From positions 20,543 to 84,542 of the IMG/VR virus record IMGVR_UViG_3300025274_001348: a stretch of 64,000 bases of DNA, one strand, 5' to 3'. Origin of the DNA: a virus. Each line of letters starts with the position of its first letter. Positions within the stretch are counted from its first letter, which is position 1. The notes under the pieces are model-generated. The model saw nothing but the letters and a program-made list of their open reading frames with translations. It had not been told where the DNA came from and searched no databases. This document shows, piece after piece, positions 26,576-36,000 of the stretch. The position numbers were made by a program, and so were the translations under genes.

Positions 26576-26815
26576 ATGGCCTCTATTTTTATCTACGAAG
26601 ATCAAAAAACCGGAGAACTTTTTCATTACAAAAGAAGGGGTTCGCACAGAAAAAATGGCAGAAGGTTAGTTTTTATTAAGAAGTCAAGGGCGGAAACCTC
26701 ATCAAATCATATTTTAAACAGAATAGAAGAATCCTACAGCGACGAAAAGGCTGGATATCCACCTAATTGCAACAAGGGATACGTAGAAAAAAATGGCAAG
26801 TGTGTACCAGAATAG
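26576..26815 (+). CDS. Hypothetical protein (C-terminal GYPPNCNKGYVEKNGKCV motif)
   Basis: AAGGAG SD; packed ORF. Confidence 0.6.
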   Translation: MASIFIYEDQKTGELFHYKRRGSHRKNGRRLVFIKKSRAETSSNHILNRIEESYSDEKAGYPPNCNKGYVEKNGKCVPE

Positions 26816-26826
26816 GGGAAGGACTG

Positions 26827-27018
26827 ATGAGAACTCTTAAGAATACTCACAAGTGGCTCGGTAGCATAAATCAAGAAAGAAAACAACTTCTGAAGAACTT
26901 ATCTAGGATAAATAAAAAGCTGGACGATCTTCAGCACAAAGAGGACAGGTTAGTCAGGGACTTAGAAGCTCACGTAAAACTGGATACTTCTGACTTGCCG
27001 CCTTCTAGGACTAAATGA
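26827..27018 (+). CDS. Small coiled-coil hypothetical protein
   Basis: AAGGA SD before ATG 26827. Confidence 0.5.
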   Translation: MRTLKNTHKWLGSINQERKQLLKNLSRINKKLDDLQHKEDRLVRDLEAHVKLDTSDLPPSRTK

Positions 27019-27028
27019 GGAACTGATC

Positions 27029-27910
27029 GTGATATCCACTATTGTCTTTTCAAAAGACAGAGCTTGTCAGTTAGATTTCTTGTTGACAAGTTTAATTCAA
27101 AATGACAACGGGTTATTCGACATCAATGTTTTGTATAGACATTCAAACGATGAATTTAAAACTGGCTATGAAAAATTGATAAAGAAATACCCGTTTTTAA
27201 ATTGGATTCAGGAGACTGATTTTCAAAAAGATACAACCGACCTTGTAAAAAAAGGAGGTGATCTAGTCTGTTTTTTTGTGGACGATAACATCCTATATCG
27301 TAAAATAGAAGTTGATGAAGATATCATAACAAAACTTTTTGACAATAGGGATGTTTTTTGCTTGTCTTTAAGGCTCGGAACCAATACTATTGTTCAGAAT
27401 GAATACACGATGCAGGACTGTGTTCTTCCTATAAGAGGAGAGATAGCTGAAGATACGTTTTTTATATGGAACTGGATCTCTCAATGCGAGCATTGCAGAG
27501 CACCTTTAACGGGTAATTATGCGTATCCTTTTTCGGTTGATGGTCATATTTTTAAGAAAAGTTTAGTGGAGAAGTTCATAGGAAATGAAGACGATTTTGT
27601 TAAAATCAAATTTTCAACACCCAACGCTTTTGAAGGAGGCATATGGGATAAGGGGTGGGAAGTGGATGATTTTCCTAAAAGTATGTCTTCCTTCAAAGAA
27701 AGCTTAGTCGTAAATACACCATTGAACTTAGTAGGCTCTTCAGAAAACATGTCTGGTCAAAAATTTGGAGTTTCCCTAGAGGAACTCAATAAAAAGTATT
27801 TAGAGGGACACGATCCAGACTTGGACAATATGGATTTTTCAAACATTCAAGGATGTCATCAAGAAATTCAACTTAAATTTAAGGAGGTTGCTAATGTTAG
27901 ATCTATTTAA
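27029..27910 (+). CDS. Putative GT-A-type glycosyltransferase
   Basis: IVFSKDRACQL, FFVDDNI, LSLRLG, YPFSVDGH; paralog of 38462-39325. Confidence 0.65.
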   Translation: MISTIVFSKDRACQLDFLLTSLIQNDNGLFDINVLYRHSNDEFKTGYEKLIKKYPFLNWIQETDFQKDTTDLVKKGGDLVCFFVDDNILYRKIEVDEDIITKLFDNRDVFCLSLRLGTNTIVQNEYTMQDCVLPIRGEIAEDTFFIWNWISQCEHCRAPLTGNYAYPFSVDGHIFKKSLVEKFIGNEDDFVKIKFSTPNAFEGGIWDKGWEVDDFPKSMSSFKESLVVNTPLNLVGSSENMSGQKFGVSLEELNKKYLEGHDPDLDNMDFSNIQGCHQEIQLKFKEVANVRSI

Positions 27911-28091
27911 GAAGCACTGGCTTTGTCTTTTATTGGGAGTCGGACTGGGTTACTCACTTCACTGGTGTCCATTGCTTGGACATAGTCACGTATGCCCTCA
28001 CGCCGCAGCAAATGCATGCGCCTGTGATGATTGCGAATGTGGCGCAGACTGTGCTTGTCTAATCGGGGAAGTATGTGGATGTAAGGGCTGA
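27894..28091 (+). CDS. Membrane-anchored Cys-rich metallothionein-like peptide
   Basis: AAGGAGG SD; hydrophobic N-terminus; CACDDCECGADCACLIGEVCGC. Confidence 0.6.
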   Translation: MLDLFKKHWLCLLLGVGLGYSLHWCPLLGHSHVCPHAAANACACDDCECGADCACLIGEVCGCKG

Positions 28092-28161
28092 GTAGTAAAA
28101 TAATTTAACACCAGTTGGTGTTTTTATTTTCTCGTTTTTTTACTTCAGTGGAGAGCTAGCA

Positions 28162-28335
28162 ATGATTAGTAAAGTTCAAGGTCTTTTTGGCTCGCGTAGA
28201 TTCTGGGTCGCCGTTGGCGGCGTGGTTTTTGTTATCTTTGACGGTGTGGGCCTCGGTATATCCGCAGATCAAGTAAACCATTTGGTTCTGTTGGGCGGCG
28301 CTTGGATCGTTGGTGACAGTCTTCGATCAGCTTAA
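28162..28335 (+). CDS. Small two-TM holin-like protein (57 aa)
   Basis: GGAG SD; MISKVQGLFGSRRFWVAVGGVVFVIF...LVLLGGAWIVGDSLRSA; SR(K/R)FW pattern. Confidence 0.55.
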   Translation: MISKVQGLFGSRRFWVAVGGVVFVIFDGVGLGISADQVNHLVLLGGAWIVGDSLRSA

Positions 28336-28360
28336 TTGCTAGACACAAAGGAAGGATTAA

Positions 28361-28549
28361 ATGGACGTATCCAAAGCTGTAAATGCTCATTTCGAAGCTA
28401 AGAAGGCAGAAGCCCTTGTTAGATATCTCCTGTACACCAATAATGCCGTAGGAATTGGAGATCATTCTAATATCGTAGAAGAAGCTATAAAAGCTATCGA
28501 AGATTATGAGCATGCTGAAAGCTGTCTAAAAGCTTTATCGAAAGTTTAG
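28361..28549 (+). CDS. Hypothetical phage protein
   Basis: NNAVGIGDHSNIVEE motif; SD present. Confidence 0.65.
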   Translation: MDVSKAVNAHFEAKKAEALVRYLLYTNNAVGIGDHSNIVEEAIKAIEDYEHAESCLKALSKV

Positions 28550-28552
28550 TTA

Positions 28553-28957
28553 ATGAAACTTATAGCGGCTATTAAAAAGTTTTTTTCTCGAAAAGAGAAA
28601 GAAAAAGAGAAAGCGTTAGCTTCTTTAAAATTTGAAGTTGATTCTGCCGGGGATATATGGATAGATTGCTCTTGGCAGGATCAACCTGCCGCTAATATAA
28701 TCTTTGCTGACCTCATGTACAAGGTCATGGACGGCGAGCTTTTTGCAGAAACCCTTTCTTTCATAAAAGAGGAGTGTGAAAAACGAAACAAACTGGATAA
28801 CTTCATTGAGATATGGGCATATCTACACACCATGGAACAGGAGCTTAATGAAGAAGAAGCTTCAGAAGCTTCAGAAGATTCTACTGTAGTTAGTCCAACC
28901 AAGATGCTAGATATCTATAAACCAAAGATTATCCCCGATGATGAACACCTGATATAA
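28553..28957 (+). CDS. Hypothetical protein
   Basis: Packed ORF. Confidence 0.6.
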   Translation: MKLIAAIKKFFSRKEKEKEKALASLKFEVDSAGDIWIDCSWQDQPAANIIFADLMYKVMDGELFAETLSFIKEECEKRNKLDNFIEIWAYLHTMEQELNEEEASEASEDSTVVSPTKMLDIYKPKIIPDDEHLI

Positions 28958-29009
28958 AAGATATTTTATCTTTTAGACTGGTGTAATTATCCCACAAAAA
29001 GGTGCTAGA

Positions 29010-29636
29010 ATGAAACCAAATAGAAAAATAGCGTGGGAAAAATGGGATGATGACCTTCTTGAGGAAGAAATAGCAGAAAAAATACGGGTAGATGACGACG
29101 ACGAAGAGCTAACAGAAGATGCTCTGGAGCTTATGTCCAAGATCCCCAAGCTCGTTTCCACCCCTTTGGGGGTGTTTCAACTTTACGATAAGATGAATCC
29201 TATGCGGCAATACGAATGCTGGATGGGTCATACCAATTTTGATATAACACACCAAATACAAAAACAGGTTGAAAAAATAGAGGGAATAGAGCTTCTTTTT
29301 ATTATCAGTAGGTATAGGTTTTTTCTAGGCGTTGCTAAAATGTTTAATTTTAGGGATGTCAGAATAGATATCGAGTCCCTTCTTAACTGTAATCAATCTG
29401 AGTCTAACTCAGGTACGGAAGATGACAGCACTACCACCGAAGAAACTGTTCAAATAATCAAAGAAATAATTTCCAACGACAAGCACTGGGCAATATTCGT
29501 AGACCCCGAGGGAAGGGTCGATTATGCGAGCACTAACATAGATCACGACATCTCTTTCCTAGAGAAGTTGAGATTGTACAAAAAACTATTCAACCGAAAG
29601 GGTGGAAGGATATTACATCCCGATAGTGAAGAATAG
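29010..29636 (+). CDS. Hypothetical phage protein
   Basis: CWMGHTNFDIT...ISRYRFFLG. Confidence 0.7.
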   Translation: MKPNRKIAWEKWDDDLLEEEIAEKIRVDDDDEELTEDALELMSKIPKLVSTPLGVFQLYDKMNPMRQYECWMGHTNFDITHQIQKQVEKIEGIELLFIISRYRFFLGVAKMFNFRDVRIDIESLLNCNQSESNSGTEDDSTTTEETVQIIKEIISNDKHWAIFVDPEGRVDYASTNIDHDISFLEKLRLYKKLFNRKGGRILHPDSEE

Positions 29637-29651
29637 ATAACCGGAGGAACG

Positions 29652-30137
29652 ATGAAGGAAACAAAGCCTATAGGGGATGAGGAATTTGAAGAAGCTCGAA
29701 AAGATATTAACAACATAAAAATATTGAACAAGGTTTGCTCAAAATATTTTAAGGTAATACCTCAAGACGAGCTTGATAGGTGCAAATTAGTCGCTCTCTG
29801 GGAAGCGATGAAAGCGTATGACTCCGAGAAGGGCCAGAAATTCACGTCTTTTCTCTATAACAGAATAGATTGGGAATGCAAAAAGCAATTGTACGATTTT
29901 AACAAAAGAAAGAGGCAAAAATACTATAACGAGGCTCTCCATTTTGAAAATGATTCAAACGATGTAGAAATCTTTGACGTGATACAAAAATTACACCCAA
30001 GACTAAGGCTTGTTGTACATCAAAGATTTTTTGAGCGGTTAACAATGGAGGAAATAGCGGAAAGAAACAGTTATAGTAGAGAAACAGCGAGAAGATATAT
30101 ACTTCAAGCCTTAAAAAAGCTAAGAGAGATCTACTAG
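29652..30137 (+). CDS. Phage sigma-70-like factor
   Basis: ALWEAMKAYDSEKGQKFTSFLY (region 2); LTMEEIAERNSYSRETARRYILQALKKLR (region 4). Confidence 0.8.
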   Translation: MKETKPIGDEEFEEARKDINNIKILNKVCSKYFKVIPQDELDRCKLVALWEAMKAYDSEKGQKFTSFLYNRIDWECKKQLYDFNKRKRQKYYNEALHFENDSNDVEIFDVIQKLHPRLRLVVHQRFFERLTMEEIAERNSYSRETARRYILQALKKLREIY

Positions 30138-30140
30138 AAA

Positions 30141-30155
30141 TGGTGTATAATACTA
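30141..30155 (+). promoter_or_regulatory. Candidate phage-specific promoter TGGTGTATAATACTA
   Basis: Intergenic; identical 13-mer GTGTATAATACTA also at 41437-41449. Confidence 0.55.
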
Positions 30156-30217
30156 ATGGACCGGATCGTTATTTATTAGGAAAAACAGGAATAATACCTA
30201 GATAACTGGAGGTCGTT

Positions 30218-31267
30218 ATGACTGTTAGTACACACACGAGAACGCTAGGCATTACAGGAGCAGAAGCCACTGCAACAGTAACAGTTACTGACTATGTGGA
30301 ACTTAATACAGGCGACAAAGTTAATTTAATCGCTACTGATGGAACTAACTATGATTTTACAAACGGAGACCAAAGCTCGGTAGCTGGCACTTGGGAGTCC
30401 ACCGCAAGCAACGATCAAACTGCTACAAATTTAATGAACGTTATCAACACAGGCAGTGGACCCGCTGGAACCAGATTTTCTGCATCGGTAGATGGAGCGG
30501 TTGTTACCATTACACAGAGTTCCAGCAGCGAGGCCAGCCTCGAAGACGGAAACACAGCGATCACCCTCACGGACACTGCCCCCGCCGGTTTGACTAAAAC
30601 AGACTTTACTGGTGGAAGCTCATCGGCAGTAGTTAATGATCGCGGCGTAGTTATGCAAGGCGGAAACATTGCCGGTTCAAAATATACAAACAAGAGTATT
30701 TTGGATATCGTCAAAGGCGCAGATGAGTACGGTTCAAAGCTTGGTCTAGTTACAGGTACGGCACACAAGGTCGGTCTTGTTGTTGCTCGTAGCGTAGGAA
30801 GTCCCGCGTTTGCCTTCTTCCCGAAGAAGACAGATCGTACTGCTGCTAACTGCACCTTCTTGGCTAGAGGTCTTCAGACGCTGGTCGCTGGTGCTGCCTC
30901 AACAGAAAATATCATGGGAGTCCTCGGTCAGGACCAAGGCGCTCGCGGTATTCATCTTCATACTGACGATCACTACCAGAGGGGAAGCTGGGCTACGTTG
31001 GCATTCAACTTGTTCCGCAATCCTACTGCCGGGGATAACTCCGAAACTACCGGTCTCGTGCAAAGTGATGGAACGGTTAAAACTGGCGCTACCAACTATG
31101 GCAGTGCTGCTATCTTCCGTAACTTGGCTGACCAAGATAATGCTAGACCAGTCACGAATGTTCCCACACGGGCCATTCCGGGTGAGCTAGTCTTCTTGGT
31201 TGACTTTGCTGATCGTTCAACCAGTGGTGGTAACTTTAAGGATTATTCAGCCATTACAGGCGGGTAA
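30218..31267 (+). CDS. Putative virion structural protein (paralog 1, with extra N-terminal module)
   Basis: G/T/A/S-rich; C-terminal ~210 aa highly similar to the next gene. Confidence 0.6.
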   Translation: MTVSTHTRTLGITGAEATATVTVTDYVELNTGDKVNLIATDGTNYDFTNGDQSSVAGTWESTASNDQTATNLMNVINTGSGPAGTRFSASVDGAVVTITQSSSSEASLEDGNTAITLTDTAPAGLTKTDFTGGSSSAVVNDRGVVMQGGNIAGSKYTNKSILDIVKGADEYGSKLGLVTGTAHKVGLVVARSVGSPAFAFFPKKTDRTAANCTFLARGLQTLVAGAASTENIMGVLGQDQGARGIHLHTDDHYQRGSWATLAFNLFRNPTAGDNSETTGLVQSDGTVKTGATNYGSAAIFRNLADQDNARPVTNVPTRAIPGELVFLVDFADRSTSGGNFKDYSAITGG

Positions 31268-31291
31268 TCTTACTTATAAGGAGATTGTATT

Positions 31292-31972
31292 ATGACTATT
31301 AGTACTCATGTTGGCACAGCAACTGGCTCTGGCGGCGCAGACAATGACGGTGGCGTCATCGCAGGCGCTGGCAATGTCGGTAGTTCAAGATGGACAAGCA
31401 AAAGCAGCTTGGATCTTGTCAAAGGCGCAGAAGATTATGGCTCAAAGCTTGGTGTATCTACAGGCACAAAATACGTTGTCGGCCTTGCCGTTGCACGTAG
31501 CTTAAATAGTCCCAAGTTTGGCTTTACTCCTAAGAGGTCAGATCGTTCTGCCACCAACTCCACCTTTATGATTAAGGGAGCTTCAACAAAGGTAGCTAAC
31601 ATTACTTCCTCGGAAAGCATTCTGGGGCTTCTTGGAAGCGACCATAGTGTTCGAAGCCTTCATCTTCATACTGATGATCATTACCAAAGAGGCTCTTGGG
31701 CTACCTTGGCCTTTAACCTCTTTAAAAACCCGACTGCTGGCTCTACCAGCAATCACGGTCTTGTCCAAAGCGATCTTACGGATAAGAGCGGTGCTACCAA
31801 TTATGGTACTGCTGCGATCTTCCGCAATATTGCCGATCAGGACAATGCCAGACCGGTTACAAATGTTCCCTCAAGAGCGATTCCGGGTGAATTGGTATTC
31901 TTGATTGATTTCGTCACTCGCACAACGAGTGGTGGAAACTTCCAAGATTATAGTGCCATCACAGGCGGTTAA
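31292..31972 (+). CDS. Putative virion structural protein (paralog 2)
   Basis: Shares HLHTDDHYQRGSWATLAFNLF, DQDNARPVTNVP, AIPGELVFL, DYSAITGG with the upstream gene. Confidence 0.6.
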   Translation: MTISTHVGTATGSGGADNDGGVIAGAGNVGSSRWTSKSSLDLVKGAEDYGSKLGVSTGTKYVVGLAVARSLNSPKFGFTPKRSDRSATNSTFMIKGASTKVANITSSESILGLLGSDHSVRSLHLHTDDHYQRGSWATLAFNLFKNPTAGSTSNHGLVQSDLTDKSGATNYGTAAIFRNIADQDNARPVTNVPSRAIPGELVFLIDFVTRTTSGGNFQDYSAITGG

Positions 31973-31988
31973 TCATTGTTGCAGTCAC

Positions 31989-32025
31989 AGGGAGGGGACT
32001 GCTTTTGCAGTCCCTTCCTTTTTTT
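31989..32025 (+). terminator. Rho-independent terminator
   Basis: GGGAGGGGACTGC-TTTT-GCAGTCCCTTCCT plus T-tract. Confidence 0.85.
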
Positions 32026-32046
32026 CTTTGAAGAAAGAGATAACAA

Positions 32047-32367
32047 ATGGAATCAGACATTCTCTCAATTCCTGTATTAGCCGCAATCGTTGCTATAGTA
32101 ATAGGATTAGGAAAGGTTATTGAGGTTCTCATTTTAAAAGCGGTTCCTTCAAAGTCAGTTTTGATGGATGATGAAAGAGGCTGGATGCAACATACTTACA
32201 AGATAATCTCTCGTCAGGATTCCGATGGAACGCCGTTAGTTTACGTTCCTAGGAGTTGGGCAGAAACTCAAAAAGATATGCAACAAGTGATGATACAAAT
32301 CGTTAATGATCAACGAAGAATCGCTGATATTCTAGACAGAATAGATAAAAAGCTAGAGGATAAATAA
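32047..32367 (+). CDS. Single-TM membrane protein with C-terminal coiled coil (holin-like candidate)
   Basis: ILSIPVLAAIVAIVIGLGKVIEVLIL; IADILDRIDKKLE. Confidence 0.55.
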   Translation: MESDILSIPVLAAIVAIVIGLGKVIEVLILKAVPSKSVLMDDERGWMQHTYKIISRQDSDGTPLVYVPRSWAETQKDMQQVMIQIVNDQRRIADILDRIDKKLEDK

Positions 32368-32369
32368 TA

Positions 32370-33050
32370 ATGATCTTAGTCCCTTACCATGAAGCTAAGC
32401 AACACATCCGAGAAGCAGACGTACTCTTGTTTCGTGGTAAGGGACTATCTAGCTGGTTAATCAAACGGTATGGTAGCGGGGTTCATAGTCATGCTGGCGT
32501 AGCTCACTGGGACGGCGAAAGACTGGCAAATGGGGAGATGGCTGGAGACGGCGGTCATTTACAGTGTGTGGAATTCAGAGAGTTTAAAGGTGGCAGGGCT
32601 GTTTCTATGAAAAGTCAGGTAGAAACTCACCCAGACAATATAGACGTTTTTAGAGCCGCCTCTCCCGTTGGATACTCTAATTTTTCTGCTTGGCCTGAAA
32701 ACAAAGAGAAGAGATCAATAAAAATTGATTATAGCGAAGAAAAGATACAAAACCCTTTTACGCCAAGAGATATTACCGATGTCATGATAAATCTAACAGG
32801 ATTACCATACGGATGGAAAAATATATGGAAATTAGCAAGACACTATCTGCCATTTTGTAGGCTAGCGCCACAAAACATCAAGGATGATGATCCCATGAAT
32901 GTTTTTGTATGCAGTACGGCAGTAGCTTATGCTTATCGACAAGCATACATAGATCCTGTACCATATTTGGCAGACTCGGCTGTTATGCCCGCTGATTTGG
33001 CTAGGTCGGCACTCTTTAAATATCAATTCACCATAAGTAAGGACTGGTAG
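32370..33050 (+). CDS. Permuted papain-like NlpC/P60 amidase (YaeF/YiiX-like)
   Basis: ADVLLFRG, HSHAG (His before Cys), GLPYG, FVCSTAV, VMPADL. Confidence 0.8.
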   Translation: MILVPYHEAKQHIREADVLLFRGKGLSSWLIKRYGSGVHSHAGVAHWDGERLANGEMAGDGGHLQCVEFREFKGGRAVSMKSQVETHPDNIDVFRAASPVGYSNFSAWPENKEKRSIKIDYSEEKIQNPFTPRDITDVMINLTGLPYGWKNIWKLARHYLPFCRLAPQNIKDDDPMNVFVCSTAVAYAYRQAYIDPVPYLADSAVMPADLARSALFKYQFTISKDW

Positions 33051-33052
33051 CC

Positions 33053-35101
33053 ATGAAAAAACTAATGCAAGCTTTAGTTTTGGGGCTGGTTTTATACTTC
33101 CCATCTTTGGGATTTGCTCAGCCGCTTACGATGGACGAGGCTTTGGAAGGAGTATGCAGGGTTACTACTAGAGGTTCCGCAGGCAGCGGGACCGTATTTC
33201 AGGAAGACGAGGATAAATATTATGTTCTGACTAACGGACATGTGGTTGGTAGATCTAAAAGAGGTCATTTAGAATTCTTTCAAGACGGCTACAAATCTGC
33301 CATGATCCCATTCAGAACAGAATATTCTGAATATAAAGAAGGCACCGCTCTAGACTTAGCAATTGTGTCTGTTAAAAAGAAGTATTTTGGTAGATTCCCT
33401 CCTAGAGTAATACCTCTTGCTCCGAAAGGGACAGAGATAAAAGCTAACGATTTAGTTATAGCTGGAGGGTGTCCTTCTGCTCAGTGGGCTACCGCATGGA
33501 AGGGTAGAGTCCTTAGAAACGCAGGGGCTACCGTAAGCTTTAATGCTGCGCCCCTTGGTGGTCAGTCTGGAAGCGGCGTTCTTGTCCTTGTCAAAGATGA
33601 CAAAGGAGAGAGTCATACTAGACTAGGTATCCTTCTAGCTTGGAGAATAGGAGACGGCGCATGGACAGATGATGGGCCAAACGACTATGGTGCTGGCTTA
33701 TCTCTAAGACAGATCTACGAAATAATGGAGGGAAATGGTCAAGGCCATCCCATAGAAGCTTCTTATAGCATTGTTGCCGATAAAGAGGTCAAGTCCAGTA
33801 AGCCAGAGCGCCTTAACAAGCTCTGTCCACAATGTGGACGTAAAATTGAAGACCATGTCGTCATTCCCTATAAAGGGGGTCTTAGAAAGACCACTAAGGG
33901 TGAGTTTATGTTTTGCCCCGAGCTTAAGTTTCCAGATGGCGGCATCGCAGATACTGCTAAATACTATGGGGGTATAAGAGTTGGCGAACTATACGATAGT
34001 AATGGCTTATTCCCTTGGTGTCCTTGGGGTAATAGCCCTCCAAATCCAAACCCTCCCCCTAACCCACCAGACGGCGGCGGAAACGGTGATGGGTGGAATG
34101 GTTGGCCCGGTAGACCAGACCCCGGTGGCCCCGTAGATCCTCCTACAGATTTTGAAAAGGAGCGTCAGGAATACCTTGATAAGATTTCAGGACTACAGGA
34201 AAAACTGACCAACCTCGAAAATATGTCTGATAGCGTTCAAGCTGAATTACAAACAAAACTAAATAGTTTGGAATCTTTATCTGAAGGTCTTAAAGCGGAA
34301 CTTGGTGGAACAAACAGCAATCTTTTAGAGGCGCAAAACGCGGTTAACGGTTTGAGAGATCTCTTAGGGGCTGTCGAGGGACAAAAGGATTCTCTAAAAT
34401 CTAAAATAGGCGTCCTAGTGGGAACAATTGACGCAAGAGATGCACAGATATCAGATTTAGAGGCTAACAGTGGCCACTACATGGACGATTATACCGGCGG
34501 TAATGGCAATAGCGTAGAAAATGTCAGCTTTACGCTTGGTGGTATGAGTCTAGGCATGCTGGCTCTTAAATACGGAGTTCCTTTCCTTCTAAACAGGAGA
34601 CGACGAAAAAAGAAAAACGGAAAAAACATTGACAAAGATGATGAAGAGGGGTATGATAATGATACAAGACCATCTACACCGCAGTCTGCCGTAGATGACG
34701 ACTGCAATAACTGTGATGGTTCTCATACACACGTCCATGAACATATTCATAAGCACCGGCACGAGAACGAATACGTTATGCCGCTAGATGAATTGCCAGA
34801 AGCTCCGAGAGCTACAGAAGATATTGATGATAGAACTGGTAAACATGGACTAAATCCGGGGTTTGTTCCTTATGGATTTCCTGTGAGCGAACCTTATCAT
34901 CAACAACCAGTTGCTATGCAAGGATTGCCACCGCAATTTTTGAATGTACCGTTCAGCACACGGAAACAAGCTACTGCTGAACAGATCATGACGGTATTTG
35001 GAGAATTAGTAAATGAATACCAAAACGATCAAACGATGACAATGAGACAAGTTGACACATTGATACGTCATAGACTTAAACAGAAATTTAACATAGAATA
35101 A
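33053..35101 (+). CDS. Exported trypsin-like serine protease with Pro/Gly linker, coiled coil and C-terminal TM anchor
   Basis: Signal peptide; LTNGHV, DLAI, GQSGSG triad; TM followed by RRRRKKK; His-rich cytoplasmic tail. Confidence 0.8.
   Translation: MKKLMQALVLGLVLYFPSLGFAQPLTMDEALEGVCRVTTRGSAGSGTVFQEDEDKYYVLTNGHVVGRSKRGHLEFFQDGYKSAMIPFRTEYSEYKEGTALDLAIVSVKKKYFGRFPPRVIPLAPKGTEIKANDLVIAGGCPSAQWATAWKGRVLRNAGATVSFNAAPLGGQSGSGVLVLVKDDKGESHTRLGILLAWRIGDGAWTDDGPNDYGAGLSLRQIYEIMEGNGQGHPIEASYSIVADKEVKSSKPERLNKLCPQCGRKIEDHVVIPYKGGLRKTTKGEFMFCPELKFPDGGIADTAKYYGGIRVGELYDSNGLFPWCPWGNSPPNPNPPPNPPDGGGNGDGWNGWPGRPDPGGPVDPPTDFEKERQEYLDKISGLQEKLTNLENMSDSVQAELQTKLNSLESLSEGLKAELGGTNSNLLEAQNAVNGLRDLLGAVEGQKDSLKSKIGVLVGTIDARDAQISDLEANSGHYMDDYTGGNGNSVENVSFTLGGMSLGMLALKYGVPFLLNRRRRKKKNGKNIDKDDEEGYDNDTRPSTPQSAVDDDCNNCDGSHTHVHEHIHKHRHENEYVMPLDELPEAPRATEDIDDRTGKHGLNPGFVPYGFPVSEPYHQQPVAMQGLPPQFLNVPFSTRKQATAEQIMTVFGELVNEYQNDQTMTMRQVDTLIRHRLKQKFNIE
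34629..34657 (+). promoter_or_regulatory. Intragenic sigma70-type promoter candidate
   Basis: TTGACA-17 nt-TATGAT. Confidence 0.45.
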
Positions 35102-35113
35102 GTGGAGGCAAAA

Positions 35114-35914
35114 ATGCCAGAAGTAAATGAAAACTTAGTTATCCCTACTCACGATGCAATTCTTCCTTACATGTTTGAGGGAGTAAAGTGGGCTATTCCT
35201 AATGTTGGCGACAACAAGGAAACCCACAACATGGCAATTGCTCGCCTGTTTGAAAAGATTGGTGAGCATCTACAAGCATTTTCAGTGCGTACTGATTGCT
35301 TTGTCCCCGGTCCTCCTACACTGTCTGCTGTCAAGCATCATCACAACATGTTTGTCCGTTTGTGCAACTTAATTGACACAAATACAAAGCCAGATAACAT
35401 GGAAAGACTTGAAGCTCATCATATCACACATGAGCGTAGAGCTTTCAAGATTTATCCGATTCGTTATTTCGATGTCAAGAATGACTACTGCCGTCGATGG
35501 ATCGAGCTTTGTCTTCAGGGCTTGAGTGATATGGCTCAGCTTTCTGAGAATACTTGGGCCAATGACTGGAGTGTCCAGACTGGCAAAGAGATGAAAAAGC
35601 TTTTCCGTGAAGCTTACCGTCTTATGGCTGTTGAGTTGTTTAGGGTTCCCGTCATTGAAGCTCACTCAGTGTTTGATGAAGAAAACTCCTTCTATCTGAC
35701 AAAAGAGCATTTCGATGGTTATGATGTCAGTCATATTCCAACAATCGAGTGGATTAAGCATCCTGCTCTCGGTAGCGAATTCACAGAAGACGAACTTCGT
35801 CCAATTTCAACTCCTAACGTTCCGGTGGCACCCGGTGTTGCAGAGAACGAAGGCAATACGCCCCAGCGTGAGCTAGAGCGTAGAATGCAAGGTGGCGGCG
35901 AAGTAGTCAACTAG
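35114..35914 (+). CDS. Hypothetical phage protein
   Basis: GGAGG SD; highly-expressed-type codons; followed by a terminator. Confidence 0.75.
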   Translation: MPEVNENLVIPTHDAILPYMFEGVKWAIPNVGDNKETHNMAIARLFEKIGEHLQAFSVRTDCFVPGPPTLSAVKHHHNMFVRLCNLIDTNTKPDNMERLEAHHITHERRAFKIYPIRYFDVKNDYCRRWIELCLQGLSDMAQLSENTWANDWSVQTGKEMKKLFREAYRLMAVELFRVPVIEAHSVFDEENSFYLTKEHFDGYDVSHIPTIEWIKHPALGSEFTEDELRPISTPNVPVAPGVAENEGNTPQRELERRMQGGGEVVN

Positions 35915-35932
35915 CGTGTCAATTATCCAGCT

Positions 35933-35969
35933 AGGGGGTCTGGGGTAGATAAAACAAAACCCCCTTTTT
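35933..35969 (+). terminator. Possible terminator
   Basis: AGGGGGT...ACCCCCT plus T-tract, large loop. Confidence 0.5.
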
Positions 35970-36000
35970 ATTCTTTTACAAGACATTAAGGAAGGAATCG

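Noticed and set aside
34030-34145. CC-rich tandem repeat as a DNA-level repeat element
   Set aside because: Explained by the Pro/Asn/Gly-rich linker of the protease CDS
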